DNA of 64,000 bases from Felis catus (lineage: Eukaryota). Below are positions 35,367 to 48,426 of the stretch, one piece after another; the stretch's first letter is position 1; each line of letters opens with the position of its first letter. The stretch lies in assembly GCF_018350175.1 (NCBI RefSeq), contig NC_058382.1, positions 56,670,001 through 56,734,000 of the forward strand, in the 5' to 3' direction. A model generated the notes under the pieces. The model had not been told where the DNA came from. It searched no databases and saw only the letters and a list, made by a program, of their open reading frames with translations. The position numbers were made by a program, and so were the translations under genes.

Positions 35367-36643
35367 ACTTAGAGAGTAGGAAAAAATTTTCTGGGAAGAG
35401 AGGGAGGATGACTGTTCCTGGCAGAGGGAAGAAAATGTATAAAGGCAAAGGTTAGGAAATCAGAGGGAATAAAACAGACTTGATTTATCAGAGCCCTGAT
35501 TTGGCAATAAAAAAATAAAACTAATAATAGGAACTTTTATTAAAGAGTCAAAGTGAGCCAGGCTTTGTGCCAAACACTTGCCATGACATCCCATTTAATT
35601 CTTATTCTCTCTGAGTTTGGGGGACTGTTTCCTTCTTCATGGTATACATGAGGTGGTTAAGTTCAGAGAGGGTAGATGACTTGCCCTGGGTCACACAGCT
35701 GGTAGGTGGCCAGGTGGCAGGAACCTGGACAGAGTAACGGAAGCTGGTATGATGCCGTTGGCACATCTCTGTGTCTGTCATTAACTCAACTTTAATGTTT
35801 TTTTTTTAAGTTTTTGCCTTGTTTCACAAATGGAATTTGATTTCTCGACTTAGTCCAGAGCCCTCTGAATGGATGCTTGAGATGTGTCTGCTGGGTTTCT
35901 CCTGGGGCTATTTCGTGAGAAATAAAAGGGAAAAAAAGTGAGATATTTAAATTCTCCAGGGGTATTGGTTTCGAATAGATAAAGTGAAGAACATTTTTTA
36001 TTCATATGAGAAGTGATAGTTGGATGTGTGTAATTTTTTGCTCTACGAGATGGTGAGAGTACACAGCACAGATCTTAGAATGTGAAATATGAATTTAGAT
36101 GACATTTTGAGGAAACTGATAAACACAGCATCCCACAATTGGACTGAACTTGCCTGTGAAAATCTTTTTCCAGCTCACAAATGATATGGTACAATTTGAA
36201 ATTATAGAGATAAGTGGACTGAGTCTAATGGAATATTAAAAATACACAACATACCAATGAGAGAATAATTTTCTTTGGCAAAAGTTCCCATCTCTTAAAA
36301 CGTTATCAAAAAATTGGAGGTATTCTGACAGCTAGCAGTAACCCTTGGACTTAAGAAATGTTGAGAGAAGGGCCATGGCCCAGAAGTCTGCCACGGAGAG
36401 TAAGAGACCCAGGAACAGGGCTAGGAGCTGATGTCCTCACGACCAGAGTTTTGTTTCCAGCATGGGCTTGGGGTGTCTGTCCACCTACTTACAGACAGAA
36501 CAAGGCCTTATAGCATGCTTTCTCCTGCCCACCTGTGTCGATGAATAGTTTGAAAAAGTCTGCATCCGCGTGCATGTAGGCATGTGTGTATGTCATGTGC
36601 ACACATGTACATGTGTGCTTGTGTCTTGGCAAAGTCGAATGCA

Positions 36644-36861
36644 GGGGCGCCTGGGGGGGCTCAGTCGGTTGAGCGTCCGACTTCGGCTCAGGTCGTGATC
36701 TCACCGTTTGTGAGTTCGAGCCCCACGTCGGGCTCTGTGCTGACAGCTCGGAGCCTGGAGCCTGCTTCGGATTCTGTGTCTCCCTCTCTCTCTGCCCCGC
36801 CCCCACTCATGCTGTGTCTCTCTCTGTCTCAGAAATAAATAAACATTAAAAAAATTTTTTT
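36644..36861 (+). mobile_element. Can-SINE, near consensus
   Basis: TSD aaagtcgaatgca / aaagccaaatgca. Confidence 0.95.
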
Positions 36862-37058
36862 GGGAAAAGCCAAATGCAGAGAACTAAGTGAGAACAACTA
36901 CTTGGGCTGAAGATCTTTCAGATTGTCAGTGATACAGTGATCATGGTTCCTGGCTTTGCAATTTTACCAAAACTTCCATGCCCCGCCCCCGCCCCTCAAA
37001 ATTTGGGGGACTGCCAAAAGGGTACCAACTCTTTATTTTGCCAAGGAAGAATATTTTT

Positions 37059-37276
37059 TTTTAATTTTTTTTTCAATGTTTATTTATTTTTCGGACAGAG
37101 AGAGACAGAGCATGAATGGGGGAGGGGCAGAGAGAGAGGGAGACACAGCATCGGAAACAGGCTCCAGGCTCCGAGCCATCAGCCCAGAGCCTGACGCAGG
37201 GCTCGAACTCACGGACCGCGAGATCGTGACCTGGCTGAAGTCGGACGCTCAACCGACTGCACCACCCAGGCGCCCC
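37059..37276 (-). mobile_element. Young felid-specific Can-SINE (SINEC_Fc-like)
   Basis: Same subfamily as 6021-6236; perfect TSD aaggaagaatattttt at 37043-37058 and 37277-37292. Confidence 0.96.
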
Positions 37277-37365
37277 AAGGAAGAATATTTTTAAAAGAAC
37301 TTGAAATGTCATTATTACCTTTTTCTCATGAGAGGAGGGATGGTTTATACATTCACATGCTCATG

Positions 37366-37407
37366 CACACACACACACACACACACACTCACACTCACAC
37401 TCACACA
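37366..37407. repeat. (CA)n followed by (CACACT)n microsatellite
   Basis: Seen directly. Confidence 0.9.
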
Positions 37408-38984
37408 GAAGGAGGCAAGCTATAACCTCAGAGTGAACCAAACTGGGGAAATGTAACCATATGAACAGATTCATGATGCTTATCTTGCTAAAGGGCACCA
37501 AACATTCTGATATAAATAAATAGCCCATAGCTTAATGTAAGATACTAAGAAGAAGAAAACATTTCGACTGTCCGAGGAGACAGCATGAAGAATAAAGCCC
37601 CAAATAAAAAAGGAAGGGGTGACAGTTGTATCCCTAGAATACTAATAGTTGGGATCTGAATGTTGCGTAAGAAGTGAGCCCCGACGCCAGCGGTAGCTAA
37701 GGACCCAGGCCTTGGGGTCTGTCACTTCCTAGCTGTGGGACCCGGGAGGTTGTTTCACCTGTCTTACCCCAGAAGGGGGCTGATAAAACACCCACCTCAC
37801 AAGGCGCTTATCTGGTGAGTGTTTCTAGCACATGAGTAGCCCTCAGTCTTCACTAGTAGCCCTGGAAACTACTCTTTTTTTATAAAAGGAAATACTTGGG
37901 GAAGAAATGATGTCCCACATGAACATTCATAGAGACATTGATCGATACCATCACCCTAGATTATTCTCCAAATGTGCACCAGACGCAGCCACACCAGCCA
38001 GGTACCTCTTAGAAAACCAATTCCCCAGCATGACCCGGGCCTGAATCAGAGGCTCTGTGTGTGGGAACCCACACTCTGTGTTCTCAGCAAACCCTCTAGG
38101 TAATGCCGATCCGCCTGACCATTGAGAACCACCAATCAGACCCGGCGTGCTTTTTAACTCTGATTCTGAAGTCAGCTGAATCCAGAAAATATTTCCTAGA
38201 TCGGACAAAAAATAAGGGATGAAAGAAAAGCACGGATCTGTTTGGGTGGCATCTCACTTTAAACTCCAGGATTATTCTGGTAAACCAATTCAAGCATTAT
38301 CTTTTGAGCCTATAATGCCGGCTAGGACCACAGGAAACATGCATTAAAGCAGAGTAAGTCGGCCTGGATTTACTTTTTCCCCAAGCCGTGAAGCATCAAG
38401 CAAAGACAAACGGTCAATCACACAACCCCTCGCTGGGAGCCCGACCTCAGGACGGCGGGTAGAACAGCTGGACACGGAGGACCAGAAAGGCCACCTGCCC
38501 CAAAATATTGGGACCCCTTTACAGACCGATGGATGACGGCTGTGTACCCAGAAAACCTCTCCAAAAGTCACAGAACAAACTTCTTCTTCAGAGACAAACA
38601 CTCCCATGAGTCAGGTATCAGATCCCACTTGTGCCAGCCTTTCTCCGGGCTCTGGACAGTCGGTAAAGACGTGGACAACGGGGAGGGAAGTGAAGGGCAA
38701 AAAAGGCAAGAGAACGTTTGGGGCCAGAATGTGCTTCATTTGGACTCAGTGGGAACTGTCTTGAAGGCTCAAAGTTTGTCATCAGAAACCGAAAGCATCG
38801 ACATTAGGTGAAGATATGCGTGTGCTGTGTAGGAATCCAACCCGGGTGTGAAGGCAGTTACTAATACAGCCACATTTCTCGGGCTCACCCCGTGGGACAG
38901 GCACTCCTCTGTGTCCCCTCCGTTTATTCACATACATCTAATCCTCACGTGTGCCCTGTGCACCCGGTGCCATTATCACTTCCT

Positions 38985-39411
38985 GCGCCGGCTCGAGTCG
39001 TGTCCTCTAAAAAGTCACGTCACCCCAGAATCTCAGAACGTGGCCTGATTTGGATATCGGATATAATTAGCGGATGTAATTAGGTGAGGTCATATCGGCT
39101 TAGGGTGAGCCCTAAATCCAGTATGACTGGTGGTGTCCTTGACAGAAGAGGAGAGACACACACAAGACACAGGAGCTGTGCCACAGGAAGACAGACACAG
39201 AAAGCAGAGAGGTGTCTCCAAGCCAAGGAAGGGCGGAATCGCCAGCAAACCTCCACAGCCCAAGCTGGGAGAGAGGCAGGGAGCAGATGTTCCCCCAGAA
39301 CCTCCAGAAGGAACCACCCTTGCCAATACCTTGATCTCAGACTTTTGGCCTCCAGAAGAATAAACTTCCATTTGGGGCACTTGGTGGTGGCAGCCCCGGG
39401 GCACGCACCCA
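38985..39411 (+). mobile_element. MaLR solo LTR (MLT1B/C-like)
   Basis: gaggtcatatcggcttagggtgagccctaaatccagtatgactgg...cctccagaaggaaccacccttgccaataccttgatctcagacttttggcctccagaa. Confidence 0.82.
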
Positions 39412-39615
39412 CTCCTGTTTGGACATAGAGAAAGGTTGGTTGAGAGGGGTCACCTCCGGCTAGGTTCACGCAGCCCACGTGTGTCCATTGTGCTCTGGGT
39501 TGGGGAAGTCATTGCACGCATCTGAGGAATTAACAAGTGTCTACATGAGGACTCAAACTTCATCTGGCTGGTCGGATCGCATTGCTTTTAAGGATCCCTT
39601 AAAGCCACCGACTTT

Positions 39616-39661
39616 GAGTCTCTTGATTAGAGAGTCTCTTGATTAGAGGTTCTTGATTAGA
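39616..39661. repeat. Short tandem repeat, 16-bp unit (2 perfect + 1 partial copies)
   Basis: gagtctcttgattaga gagtctcttgattaga ggttcttgattaga. Confidence 0.9.
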
Positions 39662-41726
39662 ACCCTGGAGGCTTTGAACCAACCACCGCAAAATTCACTT
39701 GCACGGGGATTTCCCTTCAAACACCGCTCCTTCCTCTGCAGTGATGTCAAATGACGATCGTTTTATGGACTCAGGAAGAGTTAACAAGCAGTAGTAAACA
39801 GTCAGGACTGGGTTCTTCCTGCAAATGTCTGCACGTGTTTGGCCTTTTCAGTGGCCCAGTCAAAGAGGGGTTCTGTTCATCAGGAGAGAAACCTTACTCT
39901 GTCTCGTAATTTCCCTCAAAGCACAAGCTAGAAAGAGAGCAGCTTGGATGCTCTGGGTTGAGTGACTAGCAAATTACCCCAACTGTCAAAGTTTTCAGTG
40001 TTAAAGAGGAGCGCCGATTTTCTCAAATACTTAAGAATTTCTAGATGTCACAACAGAGAGATTACCAAAATATGAGAATGAGGGTTTCATAAGCAGGCAA
40101 AAATACATACATTCTTTTACCAAGAGCCACAATATTTGGTGGAGGGCATGAGGGAATAAAAACCACACCAACCAAAGCATTCGTCGTGTCTAGAAATAAA
40201 ATAGATTACTAAATTGCTTTCGTAACGCATTCACCTACTCTTCGTCCCCAGCACTGAAAACTGTACATATAGAGAGATACAGATATAGATATATAGATAG
40301 GCCAGAAAAAAAATTAAAGAAATGAAAAGCTGATATATGTGGGTGGATCTTGTTATCGTGTTCTTTTATTGGATCAGTTGCCTCCATTTCCGTTCCAACC
40401 AGAGAATTAATTCAAAAATGGCTCCTAGTGGTTTATTCAAAAGGCTGGTTTTCCAGCGCGCCATCCAAGACCGTGTGGCGGGTTATTATCTTTGCCATAA
40501 GAGCACGTAACAGAAAGGGATGTCCTTCAGTAGTTTCTGTCCTGTGTTGACTCAGAGGGGCGGGTAGAAAGTTTCCTCCAAGGATTTTGCTCTGTTTGAA
40601 ATGTTTCTTTGTAGTGCTAGAGAATGAAAAGCCAAAATCATTCCACAGTGAGCCTGTCTGGAGAGCGTGGCTCCGCTCCGAGCCTCTCTATTCATCAGAG
40701 TTGTACGCGCTCTATAATTTTGAGATCCGGAGCTAGGCTTTCGTGACATTTCTCTTTGTGAACATGCCACTAATTTCTAGCCCATAAAAATAGTGCCAGC
40801 ATCTCAGTGAGCTAATGTATGAGGCAGAATCAAGAAGCCACAGATCTGATTTTATTTCATATTTTCAAAATGGAACTACGCTTTGCAGAAAGCAATTTGT
40901 GGGAAACAATTCTTTACAGTACGGTGAGTTATGGGCCATCTCAAAGGAGAGGCATCGCATTCTAGATACGGGATTTGAATGTGAGAGCTTGCTCACTCGT
41001 GTTGAGGAGGGCACGTATCTCTGTTCTTCTCCCTCTAATTTATACAGGCAGATGATTTTTATCGATCAGCAGATCATTTGTAAGCCCCTACTCTCTTCCA
41101 GGTGCAGAATTTGGAAATGACACCAGAGGGGTAAATAAGCCAGGTGAAGCCCCTGTCATCATGACAGTCACAGCTGAGCAGAGAAGACATTAAACTAGAA
41201 ATGCAGATCCTCTGAGTGTTACCAAGGGCAAGGTGGGATGGCATGGGAGTATAGAGCCGACGGTTCCTCACCGAGTTGGGGGAATCACGGAAGGCTTCCT
41301 GGAGGCGGTGGCACTTATTTTGAGACTTGAAGGGTGTTAGCCTGGAGAGGAGTTACAGGGGTAAAAATATTATCGGCACAGGGACCAGTAGATACAAGAA
41401 ATTGCTGGTATATTTAAAGAATTGAGAGAAGTCTAGATGCATTGACGATCACGTTTCCCTGCTTGAGAGTCTAGTCATTCTGGCAAAGGGGAAAGTGAAA
41501 TGAATTCCTAGAAACTCTTGCTGAGTCCAGAAACTCTTGATGGTCACTGGCTGTGCCCAAATCTTTCGCTGGGCACAACCAGCTCTAGCATAAGAGGATG
41601 TTCAAGATAGTGACTCTGCAAGGGTCCTAGGAGAGTGGGCTATAGGCAGCCTGGGACTCCCTCCGGGCCAGCTCAGGAAAGGGGGCTGGCCAAAAGAGAC
41701 TCATTAACAGATAGTCTAAAGTTTGG

Positions 41727-42060
41727 TGTATTAGTCAGGGCTGGCCTAGCTATGCTCCAGAACAAGTTAACCCCAACATTTTAGTAGACGTAACACACCA
41801 AGGATTCTTTCTTGCCGAGCCATGGGATCATCACTGGTCTGCTGGGGGCTCTGCTCCACATAGCTATTGAAGGACCCCAGCTGGCAGAGACCCTGCCAAC
41901 TTGCACTACATGCAGCATGTGGCCTTCTTTGCAGCTGGGGCAGAGGAAGAAAGAGCTGAGGTATTGGACACCTGCTCTTAAATGCTTCAACCTACAAGTG
42001 ACACCTGCCATTGGCTGGCAGTGGTCGTATGACCTCAGCCAACTGGAGAGGGGTGAGACA
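41727..42060 (-). mobile_element. Old MaLR LTR (MLT1I/J-like)
   Basis: tgtattagtcagggctggcctagctatgct...ggggctctgctccaca...gctcttaaatgcttc...aagtgacac. Confidence 0.7.
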
Positions 42061-42999
42061 CTTGGGTGAGCAGGACGGTCACCAGGAAGTCACTTTCTCT
42101 GTTGGAGTTGGAGTGGGGTCATGATACGAGCTGGGTGAGAGCCTTCAAGATGAATCCAAACGGTAAAAACTCCGCAGGAAACAGAGAATTGCTGGGAGTC
42201 TGTATAAGGTGGTGGGGAACAAAGCAGTGTATGAGTGGAGGAGGCCTTTATTGTAGCATTAATAATAGTAACAGGTTGCCCTCATGATATGTGGGGCATG
42301 GGGCTTCACATAGATTGCCCCATCTGATATTCACAACAACCCTCTGAGGCAGATGCAATTATTATTTAAATTTTACAGATAAATTTTACACTAAGCCCCA
42401 GAGCAGGAAAGTCACTAACCCTGCCTGCTCAATTAGTAACATCAGAGCTAGGATTTGTTGGTCCCACTTCCCAGAATCCTCCTGTTCTTAGAAGCGGTAA
42501 ATTTTATCATTGCCCTGAAACCATGGCCTGGAAGCCTGTCCAATCTGGAAAAAAACGGAGAATGGAGACTTAAAGGGATTGGACACATGGAAAATGTGAA
42601 GTAAGGCATTGGGAAGTGAGTTAGTTAGGTTAGGAGACAGTTGTTACTCCACGGGGATGGAAAGAGAGCCTCAGCCAAACAGGAAGCACAATCAGAAATA
42701 GGGGTTTGCCAGGCTCAGCCCAGAAGATCTGCTTGGTGGCCGCAGTAATATCCCAGATACCTAGAGAGAGCTAATACTTCAAAAAAACACTTATATAAAA
42801 ATGAATTTCATATCACAGTTTTACAGTCCTCATTTGAAGGAATTTTAGTGAGCTAACAGAGAGAGAAAATTAGCCACTTTAACTATAATACCTTGAATAT
42901 TACACTAATCCGGTTACGAGTTTATAGACCCTTTGATCAGGAGCCAGAGAAGTTGTCTGGAAAATGAATTAAAGCCACTTCTCAAATGTCCAAAAAGGC

Positions 43000-43238
43000 C
43001 TGTTTAAAGAAACACTCTTGAAGTGTCTTGCAATATGTACTAAAACCCAAATATCCGTATACCCATAACTCCGTAATTTTATCTCCTTAGTATGGCACCA
43101 AGAGACTGAATGCCTATACCCACCAAAGACACACACAAGAATAGTTTCAGCAATGTTTTTTGTAATGGCCCCAAAATGGAAACAATGGAAATATCCATTA
43201 ACAGTAGGATGTCGGACGGATGGATGGATGGACGGATG

Positions 43239-43278
<40 letters not shown>

Positions 43279-43705
43279 TGAATGGGTGGGTAGACAGATA
43301 TTATTGATATACTGAATGGATGGATGGATGGATGGATGGATGGATGGATGGATGGACGGACAGATAGATGGATAGATAGATATGAGTGGGTGGGTAGACA
43401 GATAATATTGATATATTGAATCAGTGGATGGATTGATGGATGGATGATAGATAAATTGAATTAGGCAGTAATGAAAATCAACGAACTGCTGCTATACACA
43501 CAGGTGACACTTACAGGTTCAATTTTGAATAAAAGAAGCCTCACAAGGACATATTCTGTACAATCCCATTTCTATGAAGTTCAAGCATAGGCAAAACTGA
43601 TGTGAGTCAGAACAGTGACTCCCTTGGGAGGGATGGCACTTGGAGAGCCTGGTGCAGAGGGAGAATGTTCTGTATCCTGACCTGGGTGGGGCTTACATGG
43701 ATGTC
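43000..43705 (+). mobile_element. L1ME-like 3' fragment interrupted by a compound tetranucleotide repeat
   Basis: gccccaaaatggaaacaatggaaatatccattaacagtagga...aatgaaaatcaacgaactgctgctatac...tcccatttctatgaagttcaagcataggcaaaact...aatgttctgtatcctgacctgggtgg. Confidence 0.75.
43213..43452. repeat. Compound (GGAT)n/(GATA)n repeat with a duplicated 41-bp spacer
   Basis: Seen directly; spacer copies at 43277-43317 and 43381-43421. Confidence 0.93.
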
Positions 43706-46700
43706 CCCTGAAGTGGGTGGAGGGTTTGCCCTTTTGCGGGGGTGCTCGGGCTGTTTTTGGTCTTGGAGACCATGAATGCGATGTTTCAGCAAAAATAATC
43801 TCTGTCTAGATATCATCACAAGCAGCTATTCTAGGGATGGCATTAGAGCCAGGTTCTTGTTTGCATATAATTTTGCCAAAGTGTATATCTTTGCTGCTCA
43901 ATTGCCAATTTTGATTATGGCTTCCCAGTCTATAAAATTGTTCTGGAAGGGTTTACTGGAACGCTGTCAGAAATGTGGCAACATCACCTTCAGAGCCAGA
44001 AGGGGATGTGGCTAGCTTTGCAGCTGACCTGGCAGAGCTTGGAGGGTGATAGGGGGCACCAGCTGGAAAGGGTACAGGTCTTGCCTTAGGACTCCGCCCC
44101 CCCCCAATAAAGGACCTCTCTTTAGGGTTCAGCTGTTGTCTCCCAAACTTCAGCTTGAGGAGTTTCACCTTGCCATATCTGTCTACTACATCCTTCATAT
44201 GCTTTGTACGGCAATGCACTGTCTTTTACTACAGTAAACCCATCTAAGTAGGAGATACCATTTCACGACTCTGTCACTGAAACGGAAAACCAGCATTTTT
44301 CTAACGCAGATTAAGTTTAAATTATTGCACGCGTCACCTTGTGTAGTAGCTATCAGTAATTATTTCTTATCCTCTTACGTTTTTTACGGCTTTAAGGCTT
44401 TATGGTTTTAAATTATAAAGTAATCCCCATGTGTGACTGTGGAGTCTCTCGAGAGAGGGTGCTCTTTGCTGTCTGAAGAAAACAAAACAAAACAAAACAA
44501 AAATAGAAAAACTAATAGTCTAAAACAAAACCCCGGAATTCTTGTGCTAATATTAGTATTAATAGCCAGGGGCCCCTCAGCAGGTTCCTTAACTGCCTGT
44601 TGTCGACAACAATACTAAAACCCCAAGGTCTGCTGTGAGAATTGGATGACAACACTGTCAGAGCCCCTTGTGAGGCGTAAAAGGATGTGCAAGTTTTACA
44701 AATATTGACATGATCCGTGGCTGATGCAGTTGGATATTAGAGAAATCAATCTAAGCCGTGCGCGGAGAGACCAGCCACGTTAAAAAGAGCGTTGCTTTTT
44801 CCAGGGACATGAGGTGGCTTCAGAGTCAGATGGGTCTGATTAGTGCTGGTTCCGCCACTGACCTTGAGTTGACCGACCTTGAGAAAAGAAGTCTAACCTC
44901 TTGGATCGTCAATATCCTCACCTATAATACGGGGCCGATAGTTCTGCTCTAGGGGGTTGTTGGAGTTTAAATGAAACAGCATAATGGCTGGGCTGGGAGA
45001 GTGTTATTATTTTTCAAATGATTTTCTGAGAGTAAGCCTCCCAGATGATTGATGTAGAGATCAGCCCATGGGCTATTAAAGGCCTGCTCCCTTCCCTCTG
45101 GGGGCCTCCTGCTTAGGGAGTCATCCCCTCCGGCTGGCCCTTGGCCCACCATGGTGGCCTCCCCACCGGGGTAGCCTCCAAAGAGTTTTTGTTTACTCTT
45201 TACAGAAGGGCCATAATGGTGCTCTAATCCATTACAGTGGGTCACGTCAAAATACGACTGGCCAGGGGTTGACATCATCTCTTATTTACCTGCTGGAGCA
45301 CACACTTCCATCTTACATCACTTCGTGTCAGGGACTGTCAACAGTTAAGACAAGTACGTGTAATAAAGGGTATCGGGGAATAAAGTTCCACAGCATAATA
45401 TGCAACCACGGACTTTCTAATGTTAATAATTCAGTGGGTGCCAACGAGGCCTGGTCTCTATTATAGACCTGAAACAGGTAATACTTCATCTTTTTTAAAA
45501 TGTAACCATTTTTGAGTTATAGGAACACGGAAATGGTCTGTGGCCAATAAATGTCTAGTTTTATACTATTCAATAAATGAAACTAAAAAAGCACAGCAAA
45601 GTAGCTGGGCGCCCTGGGTTGTAAACACCTGTGGAGTTGTTTCTTATCAGCAGGTGGTGGCATTGACTTCACAGCCTCTGGCCCCATCGGAGTCTGATCT
45701 CCTCCACATTCAGGTGGTGAAAAATGATGTCAGGCTGGCCTGAATTCCAGCTTCAGAGCTGCACATTCTTCAGGGACCATGCACAGAGGCCATCTGGCCC
45801 CATCTACAGGTTCAAGCCCAACTCAACCCCAATGACTTAAATTATGTTTGCCCAGTACTCTAAAACTTATCCCCAGACCTTGCCACCTGATAACTCTTCT
45901 TTGCGTGATCCCTGCTAGCAGCACAGAGCCCCCTTCAGACCGGTGACCTTAGCAGGCACTGTTGCCTCTGTCTAGAACTTTCTTCATTCACATCCTTACC
46001 TGGTTAACTGACAGTCACCTTCACGTCCTGGCTGGAAAGTCACTTCCTCCAGGAAACGCCCCGATCCACAATTACACTCTCCTCCAGTGCCCCCTCCCCA
46101 AGGTGCCTTCCCTTCATGCATCTGTCCCATCTAAATAAATACGGAATTTATTTATGTGATGTCGGCCTCCCCCACCAAGAGTAGTGAGACAGGATCCACG
46201 TCTGTTGCGGTCCCCCTGTAGCTCTGGCACCAGGTGGCAGGTTGGCGGTCGTGGTCTAGCGTCATACTCCTCATGATGACGTGTGGCTCTTTGAGTCCAC
46301 TTTACATTTAACCCAAGCTCCTATGTCATCACATGCCCTGCTCCTTCCATGTCCCTTTGACAGAGACTCACATCGCCCCCCCCCAGCCGAGAACCCTCTA
46401 CGGTGGCCCACGCTGTGCCAACAGATGCCCCCCACACCAGGACTGCCCACCACGCGTATGCATCCACCTGGCGCTCTCATCACCTTCCCGTTCCTGAGTT
46501 ACATCCGTTCCGAGGACACCTTCTTGTTCTGTGGTAGACCCGTGATGTCCACTGACTCCTGTGCCCAAACCGTCTTCCGAGCGCCACTCCCTAGCAGCTG
46601 GCTAGGGTTCTCCTAACCCTCCACGTCCGCCCCAGGGGCATCTGGTTGCACATCCACACCCTGTCCATTTTCTGCACCTGCCGCCTTGCTCCGGGGCCCA

Positions 46701-48072
46701 CGATGAACCCCGGGAGGAGGGAGCCAGAGAGACAGCAAACCCCGTTCCAGATACCCGAGTCTCACCTCGAAGCCCCACAATTCCTGGGAAGATGATGCAG
46801 CCAGAGCCTAAACCAGAACTTTAGAATGCAGGTCACTTTCCCTGCCCCAGCCCGAAGAGAGAGTCTCCTTTCCACCAAAGGCACCAGTGTCATCGGCATC
46901 TGCCAACTGACATCCTCAGACGGAAGCTCTTCATCACTTGCCTGGAAGCCCACCCACAGGAGGTGGGTGTTATTTCAGTGGTGTAAATGAATGGAACAAA
47001 GACCCACTGAGTTGAAATGTCACCATACCTGTCATGACCTTACCATTCAATAGATTTGTTTGCATAGAGATTCTTGTGGATTTGCATAATATGCAGCTTA
47101 GAGAATGAATAATGCATTATTAGAAGAATAAATCAGCATATAATATGTGTAGGTAATATATTCATACCAGGCCCAATGAAGGAATAGATGCTTATTCATT
47201 GTGTTTATACAGAGATAGGTTTGAAGATGTGTAACCCCGTTGTTACATGTCCTTTCCGGTTATGGAAGCACAAAGTTCAAACATGGTTTCCAAGCAGCGT
47301 AGTGAGTAGACCTAAGCGTGAGTGCTCCCTCTTACTGGCTGAGAGATCTTGGCAAAGCCCTCGGCCCTCTGGAGAGCAAGTTTCTTCATCTTTAAATGGG
47401 ATCACAGTCCTTATCTTGCAAAGCCATGAGGCTCAGAGAAGGGGTTGTGGGGGTGAGTTTGAGTAAGCTGCAAACAAACCCCCCATGAGCAGGAGGTGGT
47501 GAGGTCAGGACAGCAAGAGTCATGCTGTGTCAACTTAGACGCAATACTTCGTGTTTTGGGGTCCTCGTTTTCTCGCCTCTAAAGAAAATTATTGGTCTGA
47601 AGCATGCACGGTGGAATCAGATGGCAGCTTGCTCAGAATGGGAACTTCTCTCTCCCAATGTCCTCACGGCTACCCCAGGGGCTGACTCCGATGGGCTCCG
47701 GTGGGTCACATGCCCACCCTTTGCACCAATCATGGTGGCTAGCAGAAGGGAGTCCTTGGATTGACAGCATCCTTCCGTTTCCTGGTACCTGTTATTTGCT
47801 GAGCTCTTTCTTTATACCAGAACCTGTGCTTCCTGTACCCAAACTTATTTAGCCTTTGGAACTACAGCGTACAATAGCCTCCAGTGGTACACTTCTTGTA
47901 GAGGATATAGAAACTGATACCAAGAGAGATTCTGTGACTCACCTGGCAATGGGTTAAGTAGGTTTCTCAGACCCCGTAAAGGGTGCGTTATACTGATTCA
48001 GCTGTAATACTGGCGGGGGAGGAGTCCCAAGCGGCACCTGTTTATTTTCATGCCCTTGTTTTGTGTGTGTGT

Positions 48073-48226
48073 TTTTATTTTATTTTATTTTATTTTATTT
48101 TATTTTATTTTATTTTATTTCATTTCATTCATTTCATTTCATTTCATTTCATTTCATTTCATTTCATTTCATCTCATCTCATCTCATCTCATCTCATCTC
48201 ATCTCATCTCATCTCATCCCATCTCA
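48073..48226 (+). repeat. Compound pentanucleotide repeat (TTTTA)9(TTTCA)2 TTCA (TTTCA)8(TCTCA)9 TCCCA TCTCA
   Basis: Counted directly; forms the tail of the antisense SINE that follows. Confidence 0.95.
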
Positions 48227-48353
48227 GAGAAACAGTGGAGGAGGGCAGAGGGAGAGAGAGAGAATCCCAGACTCAGCACCGAGCCTGGTGCAGGGCTTGA
48301 TTCCCTCAACCCTGAGATCAGACGCTCAACCCACTGAACCACTCAGGTGCACC
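48227..48353 (-). mobile_element. Can-SINE body, internally deleted
   Basis: gagggcagagggagagagagagaatcccag...gggcttgattccc...gagatcagacgctcaacccactgaaccactcaggtgc. Confidence 0.82.
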
Positions 48354-48426
48354 GGTGCCCCTGCTGATTTGAGCACAGTTCCTTCCCCAGACCTCGTCCC
48401 TGAAGACCTGAGTTCTGACTCACGTC

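Noticed and set aside
43213..43452. Repeat-spacer pattern as a CRISPR-like array (also 39616-39661 and 63065-63136)
   Set aside because: The spacers are near-identical or absent, the repeats are simple sequence, and the context is eukaryotic with no cas genes.
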